Origin: Lytechinus pictus
Taxonomy: Eukaryota
Assembly: GCF_037042905.1 (NCBI RefSeq)
Contig: NC_087249.1
Location: 10,418,001-10,482,000 of the forward strand
Length of the DNA stretch: 64,000 nucleotides
Direction of reading: 5' to 3'
The translations under genes were made by a program, and so were the position numbers. Below, piece by piece: positions 30,501-36,800 of the stretch (within the stretch, counting starts at the first letter, position 1; every line of letters begins with the position of its first letter). The notes beneath the pieces are model-generated. The model was not told the DNA's origin, ran no database searches, and saw only the letters and a program-made list of their open reading frames with translations.

Positions 30501-33500
30501 TAAGAGGATATTCCAAAAAATAGTAGAGAGATTTGGCATACCAGAAATCGATTTGTTTGCCTCCCGCCTGAATAAACAGGTTAACAGGTACATTTCTTGG
30601 AGGCCTGATCCAGAGGCCTTGGCCGTAGATGCCTTCACTGTTGATTGGGGCCAATGGGAATTTTATGCTTTCCCTCCTTTTAGTATGATACCTTTGTGTT
30701 TGCAAAAGATTCAGAAGGATAAGGCATGTGGGATATTGGTTGTACCGAACTGGCCAACACAAGTTTGGTTCCCTGTTCTTAACAGTATGCTGGTAGAGGA
30801 ACCCATGCTGGTTCGAAAGAATAAAACATTATTATGTCAGCCAGTCACAGGTACCCCACATCCTTTGAATAATCACTTATCACTTTTATGTTGCAGGCTT
30901 GGAGCGGACTCTATGCCAAACAAGGCCTCACACAAAGGACAATAGATGTTATAGCAGCTTCGTGGAAAGGATCCACCAAGTCACAGTACCAGGTGTACAT
31001 AAGGAAATGGAAAAAGTTTTGTGCCAAGAGACACATTAATTATTTACAAGTCAAAGTTTGTGATATTCTTGCCTTTCTCACATTTATGTTGGACGAAGAG
31101 AAGGTTGGTTATAGCAGCCTAAATACAGCTAGAAGTGCCCTATCCACATTTCTTATTGTGGATGATGGATGCCAACCTCTTGGGTCGCATCCTCTTGTTA
31201 ACAGATTTATGAAAGGAGTCTTCCATCTGAGTTCGCCTGCACCCCAGTACTCTTCTATATGGGATGTCAAAGTGGTAATGAACTATCTCAGGAAGCTATC
31301 TCCAGCTAAGGCACTTAATCTGAAGCAACTAACGCAGAAATTGACTATGTTGATAGCACTTGTTTCTGCACAAAGAGTGCAGTCTCTACATGTCATTCAC
31401 CTGGACAGGATGAGGTGGAATAAATCGTCAGTTGAGATTGCGTTTGAAAATACACTGAAGCAAAATAAGCCTGGAAATACAGGACTCAATGTAACACTTA
31501 AAGCTTACCCTCCAGATAGGAGATTGTGCATAATGAACTATATGAAAGAATATGTGCAACGGACAAAGAATCTGCGGGGCATGGAGAGACACTTGTTAGT
31601 AACATGTAAGAAGCCCCATCATCGTGCTACAAAGCAAACAATAGCACGTTGGATCAAGACTGTCATGCATGAGGCAGGTATCGACACAGAGTTATTTCAT
31701 GCTCACTCTACGAGAGCAGCTTCTACTTCGGCAGCACAACGAAGTGAGGTACCTGTATCAGAGATTATGTCTAGAGCAGGTTGGGTGTCAGAGAAGACAT
31801 TCCAAACTTTTTATTGCAAACCTTTGCAGAATACTGGTCAATTTTCGCAGGCAGTTTTGAAACATTGACTTCACAAGGTGAATTAGTCTTGAACTACATT
31901 TGTACAGGTACATGTAGGCCCATACTTTTGGGGAGTTTTTCTGTTGTTGGATGCCTTGATAGGCTTACAGAGGTATTACTACGTACAAGTCTACAGGGCT
32001 TTGAAATCTCATATTATTCCCGATGAGACATGTAGTCTCAATCGGAGGCTTACCTAGTAAAATAGGAAGATTAAATGAGAACTTACCTGTTTGAAATTTA
32101 ATCTTTATTTTATAAGTAAGTCGTAGAGAAGAGACTACATCCCTCCTCTCCCACCCTGCGACTTACATAGTTTTATTTAGGCGAGTTCTCAATATCTTCA
32201 TCTTCATATAATTCACCTGTAGCCTTGTACTGCTTTAAAGATTGACACGCACGTGATCAGCGGGATCTCATATTATTCCCGATGAGACATGTAGTCTCTT
32301 CTCTACGACTTACTTATAAAATAAAGATTAAATTTCAAACAGGTAAGTTCTCATTTAATCTTCCTATTATTATTATCATGTAAACTTGCATCTATTGATT
32401 TTGCAATGTCATCTTTTACTTCCCAGGACATGATGAACAGGAAGATCTGCATTGAGCTGATGCTTCAGTTTGCCAGAGAACAAGCAATCCGTCAATTTAT
32501 TTTCCTGACTCCACAAGACATGAGGTGAGATGAAGTCAAGATTTCAGAAATGATAATAATAGATCTGATTTATCACATGTACTTCTCAAATCCACTTTGT
32601 TATCAAGGTGCTACGAAAGAAAGAAGAAAATTTACATGTATATTCAGCAAAAAATTAAAGACACGACTTGAAGAAAATTAAGAATAGGAAGTGTTGATAA
32701 TGCATATATTCATGTTAACGTTTAAGTGTACCTTCAAAAGTGCCGTCCAGTATAACCAAAGGGAGATTATTTCAGAGAGATAGACCAGAGTGTGCGAAAG
32801 CCAGTAACCCCATGTGTTTGAAGATTTTGGAATGACCAGAAAACCAAAAAAGTTGGACAAAGGCAGTTCTGACAGGAGCGTATTTGTTATCTCGCTCAAC
32901 ATTGAAGATGAGTAGAACTCAATGGGTTGTTACACAAAGTAGACAAACTATAGTTGCGATGTTTCAGCTGCAGACCATAGGCTATGTCAGGTAATGTTGA
33001 TTGATTACAGCTGAAAGTGCCTGTTATAGCATAAACTGCATTTTGAGTTCGTGCTGCTATTCGTTTGTGCAACCGGCCGATTGGAAGTCCCTGTAGATGA
33101 ATATTGCATTCAGGAGAACCACTAACTGAGCAAAAGATAAGCAATATTTTAAACATGATTCAATTTAATTCAGTTCAATTTATGTGATCTTTGACTTTAA
33201 TTTATGTTGGTTTATATTATTCTCCCTTGATGATTGTTCTTGGTTAAGAAAATTGTTTAGTGTAGTACCAAAGGACAGAACTTGGAGACAGTTTATCCCT
33301 TGGGTCACCAGGAAGGGGGGGAGGGGTGTTTCACAAATATTCAAGTTTGACTGAAGTGATTTAAGTGCAAGTTGCACTTATTTCGAGTTGTATGCGGTAT
33401 AAAAGCCATCACCACATTTGTCAAATCATGCTAAAAGGATGCACACCACTGCATATTCCTCAAAAATGTTCTGCGTTACTTATCATCTGTGCATTGGCAT

Positions 33501-34192
33501 TTAAGCATGACTCTAATTTAACTATTTGAGAAACAGCCCCTGGATATATATAGTTCTTATCCATTGTACTATGATAGCCAGGCTAGGACCCTGTTGCATA
33601 AAAAGTTTACTGTAGGGGAGCTTTACCATCACTAGTAACCAACATGGTGACTGCTCCACAGTCAATCAAACTCAAGCTTTCCATGAAGTAGTGGTAGTAA
33701 TCCAGGTTTTTTAAGTTCAGTTTAGTCCCCGAGTGGGGGATGGCCATATACACCTTGCACTCACTCCTCTCTCCATGTTCCTCTATTTGGTGAATCCTCT
33801 TCCCCCACCCCAATTCTCCTACTCTCCACCACTTGCTTCTTCCATGTCTCATCGGTCGCCCTCTATCTCTCTGTATAAAGTCTTCTATTATGGTAATTTT
33901 ACCCTTAGAAGTATTTTCCATTGCAACCGATTCCCATCCAAATGAAATTGAGCTTTCCATGAAAGTTGCCATGTACGGTAAAGTTACCACAGTTGTATGT
34001 TTTATGCATTGGGCAGAGAACTGTTTTCAGGTCTTAATGAGAGTTTTGGCTTTGTCTTTCATCTTTCACAGCAAGATCGCCCCGAGCCGGTTTGTCCGCA
34101 TCACCAGACTTCACGACCCTGAGAGGAACCAAGGGTACATCACTGCAGAACCGCAGGCAAATCTAGATGAATCAATGGAGGAGCAAGGATAG
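510..34192 (+). CDS. SMC6: Structural maintenance of chromosomes protein 6 (SMC5/6 complex ATPase), 24 coding exons, ~1110 aa
   Basis: Walker A GRNGSGKS split over exons 2/3, 'HFNIQVDNP..IMNQ' region, coiled coils, hinge-like 'PLGPVG', signature LSGGERS, Walker B/D-loop MDEFDVFMD and 'QFIFLTPQ'. All introns are GT-AG with compatible phases; exon sum is 3333 nt. An acceptor AG at 490-491 implies a 5' UTR exon upstream of the window. Confidence 0.95.
1388..1502 (+). CDS. SMC6: SMC6 exon 2 ([19 protein letters not shown]...FVVGRNG)
   Basis: cttccag acceptor, gtaagt donor, SMC head N-terminal motif. Confidence 0.93.
3208..3313 (+). CDS. SMC6: SMC6 exon 3 ([18 protein letters not shown]...FIKAGK)
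   Basis: completes Walker A; ttcacag / gtgagt. Confidence 0.93.
3592..4050. repeat. Tandem triplication of a 153-bp unit
   Basis: Near-identical copies start at 3592, 3745 and 3898. Confidence 0.95.
4187..6458. mobile_element. Non-autonomous DNA transposon, 12-bp TIR, 4-bp TSD (Sola2-like)
   Basis: TTAG-GGGCATTTTCAC ... GTGAAAATGCCC-TTAG; nine direct copies of GTAATGTCAGTTACC. Confidence 0.7.
7072..8010 (+). mobile_element. Helentron/DINE-1-like non-autonomous element, copy A
   Basis: Subterminal inverted repeat GTCTCACCTGCAT / ATGCAGGTGAGAC, (GGC)n, about five ~180-bp internal tandem units, T-rich flanks; near-identical to 19284-20242. Confidence 0.75.
8311..8515 (+). CDS. SMC6: SMC6 exon 4 ([12 protein letters not shown]...HFNIQ)
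   Basis: tttgtag / gtaatt; within ORF 8270..8566. Confidence 0.92.
8798..8878 (+). CDS. SMC6: SMC6 exon 5 ([17 protein letters not shown]...DKYK)
   Basis: Q-loop region; cctcag / gtaagg. Confidence 0.92.
10101..10202 (+). CDS. SMC6: SMC6 exon 6 ([10 protein letters not shown]...VQSA)
   Basis: ttccag / gtaagt; FFLKATQLE motif. Confidence 0.9.
10373..10665 (+). mobile_element. Short DINE-1/HINE-like element
   Basis: T-run start, (GTCC/GTCT) microsatellite, aaggtcaaaggt motif, ends ttgttt. Confidence 0.55.
10829..11132 (+). mobile_element. tRNA-derived SINE, family 1
   Basis: Pol III A/B-box head (tggcccagtgg...ggtttgaatccc), core 'ctcaacccaggtga..aatgggtacc', (TTA)n tail; homologous to 21811 and 51299. 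Confidence 0.85.
11586..11723 (+). CDS. SMC6: SMC6 exon 7 (KLPDLEKEV...[10 protein letters not shown])
   Basis: aacag / gtgaca; coiled coil. Confidence 0.85.
12900..12980 (+). CDS. SMC6: SMC6 exon 8 ([14 protein letters not shown]...QQQE)
   Basis: aatag / gtatgt; phase 0-0. Confidence 0.8.
13038..13313. mobile_element. Harbinger-like MITE
   Basis: TIR GGCCCCGTCTTACAAAGAGTT...AACTTTTTGTAAGACAGGGCC, CWG-like flanks; related left end at ~964. Confidence 0.7.
13732..13878 (+). CDS. SMC6: SMC6 exon 9 ([10 protein letters not shown]...KTLE)
   Basis: tttgcag / gtacgt; coiled coil. Confidence 0.87.
14151..14239 (+). CDS. SMC6: SMC6 exon 10 ([14 protein letters not shown]...DEKE)
   Basis: ttttgcag / gtagga. 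Confidence 0.85.
14631..14795 (+). CDS. SMC6: SMC6 exon 11 ([12 protein letters not shown]...IYGL)
   Basis: ccacag / gtaaga; phase 2-2. Confidence 0.87.
15856..16028 (+). CDS. SMC6: SMC6 exon 12 (SKDTELTQ...[10 protein letters not shown]...KPLGPV)
   Basis: ttgtag / gtaaga; start of hinge. Confidence 0.9.
16498..16676 (+). CDS. SMC6: SMC6 exon 13 ([18 protein letters not shown]...ITSKFE)
   Basis: tttag / gtaggc; hinge. Confidence 0.9.
17235..17740 (+). mobile_element. L2/CR1-type LINE 3' fragment, degenerate
   Basis: [29 protein letters not shown]; downstream APKLWNSL/FKSKLK; (TTA)n tail. Confidence 0.85.
18179..18289 (+). CDS. SMC6: SMC6 exon 14 (SHTYDISR...FNTLIDQ)
   Basis: tttgcag / gtaata; NTLIDQ hinge motif. 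Confidence 0.9.
18821..19017 (+). CDS. SMC6: SMC6 exon 15 ([10 protein letters not shown]...AFTMEGDQV...NEI)
   Basis: ctacag / gtgtgg. Confidence 0.88.
19284..20242 (+). mobile_element. Helentron/DINE-1-like non-autonomous element, copy B
   Basis: Same structure as copy A; one more GGC unit and 17 extra bp in the last unit. Confidence 0.75.
20628..20787 (+). CDS. SMC6: SMC6 exon 16 ([10 protein letters not shown]...IGRINN)
   Basis: atgtag / gtgagg; phase 2-0. Confidence 0.82.
20788..21325. repeat. Imperfect (GAT/GGT)n microsatellite in intron 16
   Basis: Trinucleotide tract that generates low-complexity ORFs in several frames. Confidence 0.9.
21388..21618 (+). CDS. SMC6: SMC6 exon 17 (HVTQLEAE...QVDPLK)
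   Basis: cttccag / gtataa; coiled coil. Confidence 0.87.
21811..22098 (+). mobile_element. tRNA-derived SINE, family 1
   Basis: Same head, core and tail as 10829 and 51299. Confidence 0.85.
22813..22950 (+). CDS. SMC6: SMC6 exon 18 ([10 protein letters not shown]...KNVE)
   Basis: ctcatag / gtaaga. Confidence 0.87.
23794..23912 (+). CDS. SMC6: SMC6 exon 19 ([14 protein letters not shown]...KEQK)
   Basis: attcag / gtgagt. Confidence 0.88.
24172..24371 (+). mobile_element. tRNA-derived SINE, family 2
   Basis: tagctcagtcggtagagcg...ggttcgattc head, A-rich tail; inverted homolog at ~50110-50260. Confidence 0.8.
24510..24688. mobile_element. Harbinger-like MITE (GTGGGTGTTTCATAAAGCTG family)
   Basis: Long TIRs, CAG TSD. 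Confidence 0.8.
24959..25058 (+). CDS. SMC6: SMC6 exon 20 ([11 protein letters not shown]...GFVE)
   Basis: ctctag / gtaaat. Confidence 0.88.
25813..25971 (+). CDS. SMC6: SMC6 exon 21 (KMNKILELR...[11 protein letters not shown]...LILT)
   Basis: cgttag / gtaaga. Confidence 0.9.
26803..26961 (+). CDS. SMC6: SMC6 exon 22 (VDPGES...LSGGERSFS...MDEFDVFM)
   Basis: ABC signature and Walker B; gatcag / gtaagt. Confidence 0.95.
27290..27495 (+). mobile_element. L2/CR1-type LINE 3' remnant whose (ATT)n tail is split by the DIRS
   Basis: Encodes [27 protein letters not shown], followed by 'gcgctatataaatgcctatt'; the tail resumes as attattat at 32369. Confidence 0.75.
27677..28951 (+). CDS. DIRS ORF1, Gag-like protein (424 aa)
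   Basis: Long ATG ORF just after the left ITR; '[14 protein letters not shown]','D.KLQRVQ','R..LIKPDLN','YLFGDDL' resemble DIRS Gag; first ORF position. Confidence 0.85.
   Translation: MKDLKDKRSAGVAVEKEKDKNSDRVAAEISSMELENVSLADRAAAAKGTTGSERTRGVPAVQKSSDRSAVATARPETSKSKDEIGMVNNRLDRLEGLLCQFMEALPNKQDDMAGMGHAQPERHFDLGRSETASTASHTEGIMEVEDESTSAELESCTEMTESLKVPAFAAKFAVASDIGQPLEEELANSVNYLMSHHLEEKVLDETSSKYPCPSNCRVIDTPKVNQTIWDNLSASVRTKDVKLQRVQKSLTRGISAYVSLLDPNNMSSEQQDVLALLCNANFEMNALRKELIKPDLNTKFTHLCKPTNPVTKYLFGDDLGKQVEDLQDQHKAAAGVMKGGYKKPKPSYRPYPSQGHERRYKEAGWTSRTSYSDSPGSASRPFLGQRTQWRRRAPQVPHTFTPTAAREGHQAPQFRKSSQGQGRK
28840..30945 (+). CDS. DIRS ORF2, reverse transcriptase - RNase H - DNA N6-adenine methyltransferase-like domain (no early ATG; frame open from 28795)
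   Basis: [26 protein letters not shown] and YLDD (~29620) for RT. RNase H motifs [25 protein letters not shown]-terminal IDLFAS...YAFPPF...[10 protein letters not shown]. Confidence 0.95.
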   Translation: MEEKSSTGPSHIHTDSSSGGTSSPTVQKVQPRAGQKVEKLPDFDKVGKTSNLPRSTQNYDFPVGGRLKLYAHKWGELTSDSFILQAVQGYKLEFDPLKFPPRREKPLHEFKRNSEETAVITEEINKLLEKNVIESCDHIKGEFISNIFTRPKKNGGLRIILDLSELNKSISYCHFKMDNIRTALPLISQDDYLASVDLRDAYFTVPIHPESRKYLRFVWQGKLWQFQALPNGLSSAPRLFTKLLKPVFASLREKGHIVIGYLDDTLIIAKTAKKSEAAVKATTTLLSELGFIIHPEKSVLDPTCEITFLGFNLNTRDMSVRLPREKQENIKQSCRELMGNQNPQTRKVARVIGQLVASCPAVQYGPLFYRALEKDKIFALAKNKGHFDRQMTLSRESIYELQWWIFNIDSQFNPMQRAKPDVEIHTDASGKGWGATDLSFSTGGRWNSEEMALANQNKINVLETIAVSHGLKAFCSEKKNIHVLVRTDNTTAVAYLNNMGGTKSPECNRAAINIWKWCINNDIWLTAAHLPGRLNIEADRMSRKFSDSTEWMLNKRIFQKIVERFGIPEIDLFASRLNKQVNRYISWRPDPEALAVDAFTVDWGQWEFYAFPPFSMIPLCLQKIQKDKACGILVVPNWPTQVWFPVLNSMLVEEPMLVRKNKTLLCQPVTGTPHPLNNHLSLLCCRLGADSMPNKASHKGQ
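30888..31868 (+). CDS. DIRS ORF3, tyrosine recombinase/integrase (326 aa)
   Basis: N-terminal core-binding-like helices (RSALS); catalytic R (SAQRV), HSTR, AGW and FQTFY. Confidence 0.93.
   Translation: MLQAWSGLYAKQGLTQRTIDVIAASWKGSTKSQYQVYIRKWKKFCAKRHINYLQVKVCDILAFLTFMLDEEKVGYSSLNTARSALSTFLIVDDGCQPLGSHPLVNRFMKGVFHLSSPAPQYSSIWDVKVVMNYLRKLSPAKALNLKQLTQKLTMLIALVSAQRVQSLHVIHLDRMRWNKSSVEIAFENTLKQNKPGNTGLNVTLKAYPPDRRLCIMNYMKEYVQRTKNLRGMERHLLVTCKKPHHRATKQTIARWIKTVMHEAGIDTELFHAHSTRAASTSAAQRSEVPVSEIMSRAGWVSEKTFQTFYCKPLQNTGQFSQAVLKH
32006..32140 (+). repeat. DIRS internal complementary region (ICR) containing the circular-junction copy
   Basis: 32006-32066 is the reverse complement of the left end (1 mismatch seen). 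32061-32140 is the reverse complement of the right end. They share the core AATAGG. Confidence 0.93.
32427..32524 (+). CDS. SMC6: SMC6 exon 23 ([12 protein letters not shown]...[10 protein letters not shown])
   Basis: ttcccag / gtgaga; completes D-loop. Confidence 0.93.
34072..34192 (+). CDS. SMC6: SMC6 exon 24, terminal ([20 protein letters not shown]...EEQG*)
   Basis: ctttcacag acceptor, DPER motif, TAG stop. Confidence 0.88.
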
Positions 34193-34872
34193 CAGATACA
34201 GACCAGGATGGAAATGCCATAGTGCCTTGTTGGTGTCCCAGTGCCAAATGATTGGACATTACCAAAAAGTAGGGAACATGTGTGAATTTACCCAAACAAA
34301 AAAGTTTGTTAGTATCACCAGACTTCATGATCCTTGGAGGAACCAAGAGTACATTCAATGCAGGTCCTGAGGCCACTCTAGATGAATTGATGGAGGAGCA
34401 ATAAGTAATACTTTAGGTTGAAAGAATGCCATCCATTACTTTGAAGGTCTTTAGGTAAGAGGTCCCAGTACTAAATGATTGGACATTACCAACTGATAAT
34501 ATAATCCTTTGTTGTTCCAAATGAGTATCTGGGTATAAGCAGACTTCATGACCCCAAGAGAATCCAAGGGGACATTAATGCAGGTCCTGAAGCCACTCTA
34601 GATGAAAAGATTGAGGAACAAGAATAGCAGATGAAACATTAGGAAGGAAACACCTTTTAGTAGTTTGTAGGTGTTAAGGTAAGAGGTCCCAGTGCCAAAT
34701 GATTGGACATTACCAAAGAATAATAAACATGTTTAGATTTTCGCGAACAAACAAGTATCTGGGTATAAGCAGACTTCTTGACCCAAAGAGGAACCAAAAG
34801 TATGTCATAGCAGAACCTGAGGCTACTCCAGACGACTCATCGGAGAGGCAAGGATAGCAGATACGATACCAG

Positions 34873-35053
34873 GGGGCCATTTCATAAAGCTGTTCGTAAG
34901 TTAAGAGCGACATTAAGAACGACTGGTGAACCTTTCTTGTGGTAAATGGTATACACAAAAATTGTCATTTGCGTGGGTTTTGCGCGTAAGAAAGGATCAC
35001 CAGTCGTTCTTAAAGTCGCTCTTAACTTATGAACAGCTTTATGTAACACCCAC
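34873..35053. mobile_element. Harbinger-like MITE, same family, in SMC6 3' region
   Basis: Long TIRs, CAG TSD (34870-72, 35054-56). Confidence 0.8.
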
Positions 35054-36350
35054 CAGGAAGGGAACACCATTCAGTGCCTTGTAAGTTTGTGAAGAGGTCC
35101 AGAGTAAAGCCATTTTCCTAAGAATTTGTCTCTAACTGAATAAAATCGTAACAAAATTTGTCAGCCACATAGTTGGCCAAAATCTCGAAGTGATGATGAT
35201 ATAAATCTTGGATAGACAAAGCTTTGTAAAAAAATATAAAGACAGTTGATCCAACAGGTGAATTCAAGTGAGGTGTGGTTTTGGTTTTGGTGCTGAAAGC
35301 ATTATTTCAGATCACCTTGTGTAGCTCCAGTGCCTAAAGTGAGTTCACATTAATGATTCAAATCACTTTGCAAAATGGGAAAAATAGCATCAGATATATT
35401 GAAGTAAAAATCGCATGAAAGAACAGAATGCTAGAATGCTAAAGTACAATATATGATCGAACCATAAAGACTCTACGTTGTGGTTGGCTGTGAAGGTAAA
35501 GAAATTAGGCTTTGTAAACAATCATTAATTAAGCATAAGCAACAAAATAATGCAAGGGCTCTTAAGAACTCTTCTGGTAGCACAGAATGGGGTCAGTCAG
35601 ATCAATGTATGCTGCCTTGATCAGCATTCATTGTTGAAAGCTAATCACCTAGTGACATCTCAGCTTTATTTTAACTTCAGTGCTGTGGTGTAAAAATGTG
35701 CCCAACACCTACAGCAAAAAAACAACACCAAACTCTAAGATCACCCATTTGGGTTATCTCCCCTTTGATATGGCATAGTGAAATCACAGCTTTATTTTGT
35801 TTAGTGCTGAGCTGGTGTAAAAAAATTGCCTAACACCTACACTAACCAATCAACATCAAACCCTAAAATCAACCACTGGGGTTGTCTCCCCCTTGAGTCA
35901 TTAGTGTAGTGACTTAATTTTTATATATGTATTTTCTTTATGACTTTGTGAGCTAGGATTTGGTTGAAATATTATGCGATGAACTTTTTGTCAACGAACA
36001 TGAATGAAATTTCCTTCAATTTGAGATACAAAGTCTGACACATGTCACTGTACTAGAAATGATGTAGTGAAATCACGACAGTCGCGTGATCATCCACTAC
36101 TTGTTAATTTGAATAGATCAGCTGTCAGTTGCTGTCATGAACCTGTACATGTGTACCCGAGCCTTCGTCTTTGAGAGGTACAGTCAATATCAAATCAAAT
36201 GAAATAAGTATATTAATTAAAATTGTAACTTGTTTTTACCTGTTTTGCTATAGAGTCGCAATCAATATTAATTGTAAGATTGATTGCATCTCTTATGTTA
36301 CAGGTCCTGTGTGATTAAGAGTTAAGCTTAAACACCAATGTGCACATCTA

Positions 36351-36507
36351 GGGCCTTTTTTATTTAAGAGTTACAACTGTTGTAACTTTGCCATTATGGC
36401 AACTACCATGGCAACAGGGCTCAGCAGCCAATCAAAATCAGGGTTGCCATAGTAGTTGCCATAATGGCAAAGTTACAAAAGTTGTAACTCTTTATGAAAC
36501 GGGCCCC
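36351..36507. mobile_element. Palindromic MITE
   Basis: Almost entirely self-complementary (gttgtaactttgccattatggcaacta / tagttgccataatggcaaagttacaa). Confidence 0.7.
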
Positions 36508-36629
36508 TGATTGATGGATACACAGTAGTGCGTGTCCCTGCACATGTTATGATGCATTTAACACCAAACGTAATTGAAGTTTAAGTGCGACTCTTAAGAC
36601 ACACTTAACTCTTTGTGATACACCCCCAG

Positions 36630-36800
36630 GTGGGTGTTTCATAAAGCTGTTCGTAAATTAAGAGCAACTTTAAGAACTACTGGTGATCCTTTCTTATGCG
36701 CTAAACCATCGCCAATGAATATACCATTTACCACAAGAAAGGATCACCAGTCGTTCTTAAAGTTGCTCTTAACTTACGAACAGCTTTATGAAACGGCCCC
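36630..36800. mobile_element. Harbinger-like MITE, same family
   Basis: Long TIRs, CAG TSD. Confidence 0.8.

Larger units (their letters stand above)
27490..32368 (+). mobile_element. DIRS1-type tyrosine-recombinase retrotransposon, full length, in SMC6 intron 22
   Basis: Three overlapping intact ORFs. Left ITR 27490-27574 is inverted to 32241-32298, with a right extension to 32368. The ICR at 32006-32140 is complementary to both ends. Confidence 0.96.
34072..35105 (+). repeat. Four diverged tandem copies (~215-230 bp) of the SMC6 terminal exon plus proximal 3' UTR
   Basis: 'agacttca/ct..gac..' anchors at 34106, 34320, 34541 and 34771; shared 'gtcccagt..aaatgattggacattacc' UTR block. Confidence 0.9.

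Noticed and set aside
28840..31868. Bacterial/phage contamination or a retron-like RT-integrase-methylase system
   Set aside because: ORF order and ITR/ICR architecture are those of eukaryotic DIRS1 elements, and it is embedded in a spliceosomal intron.
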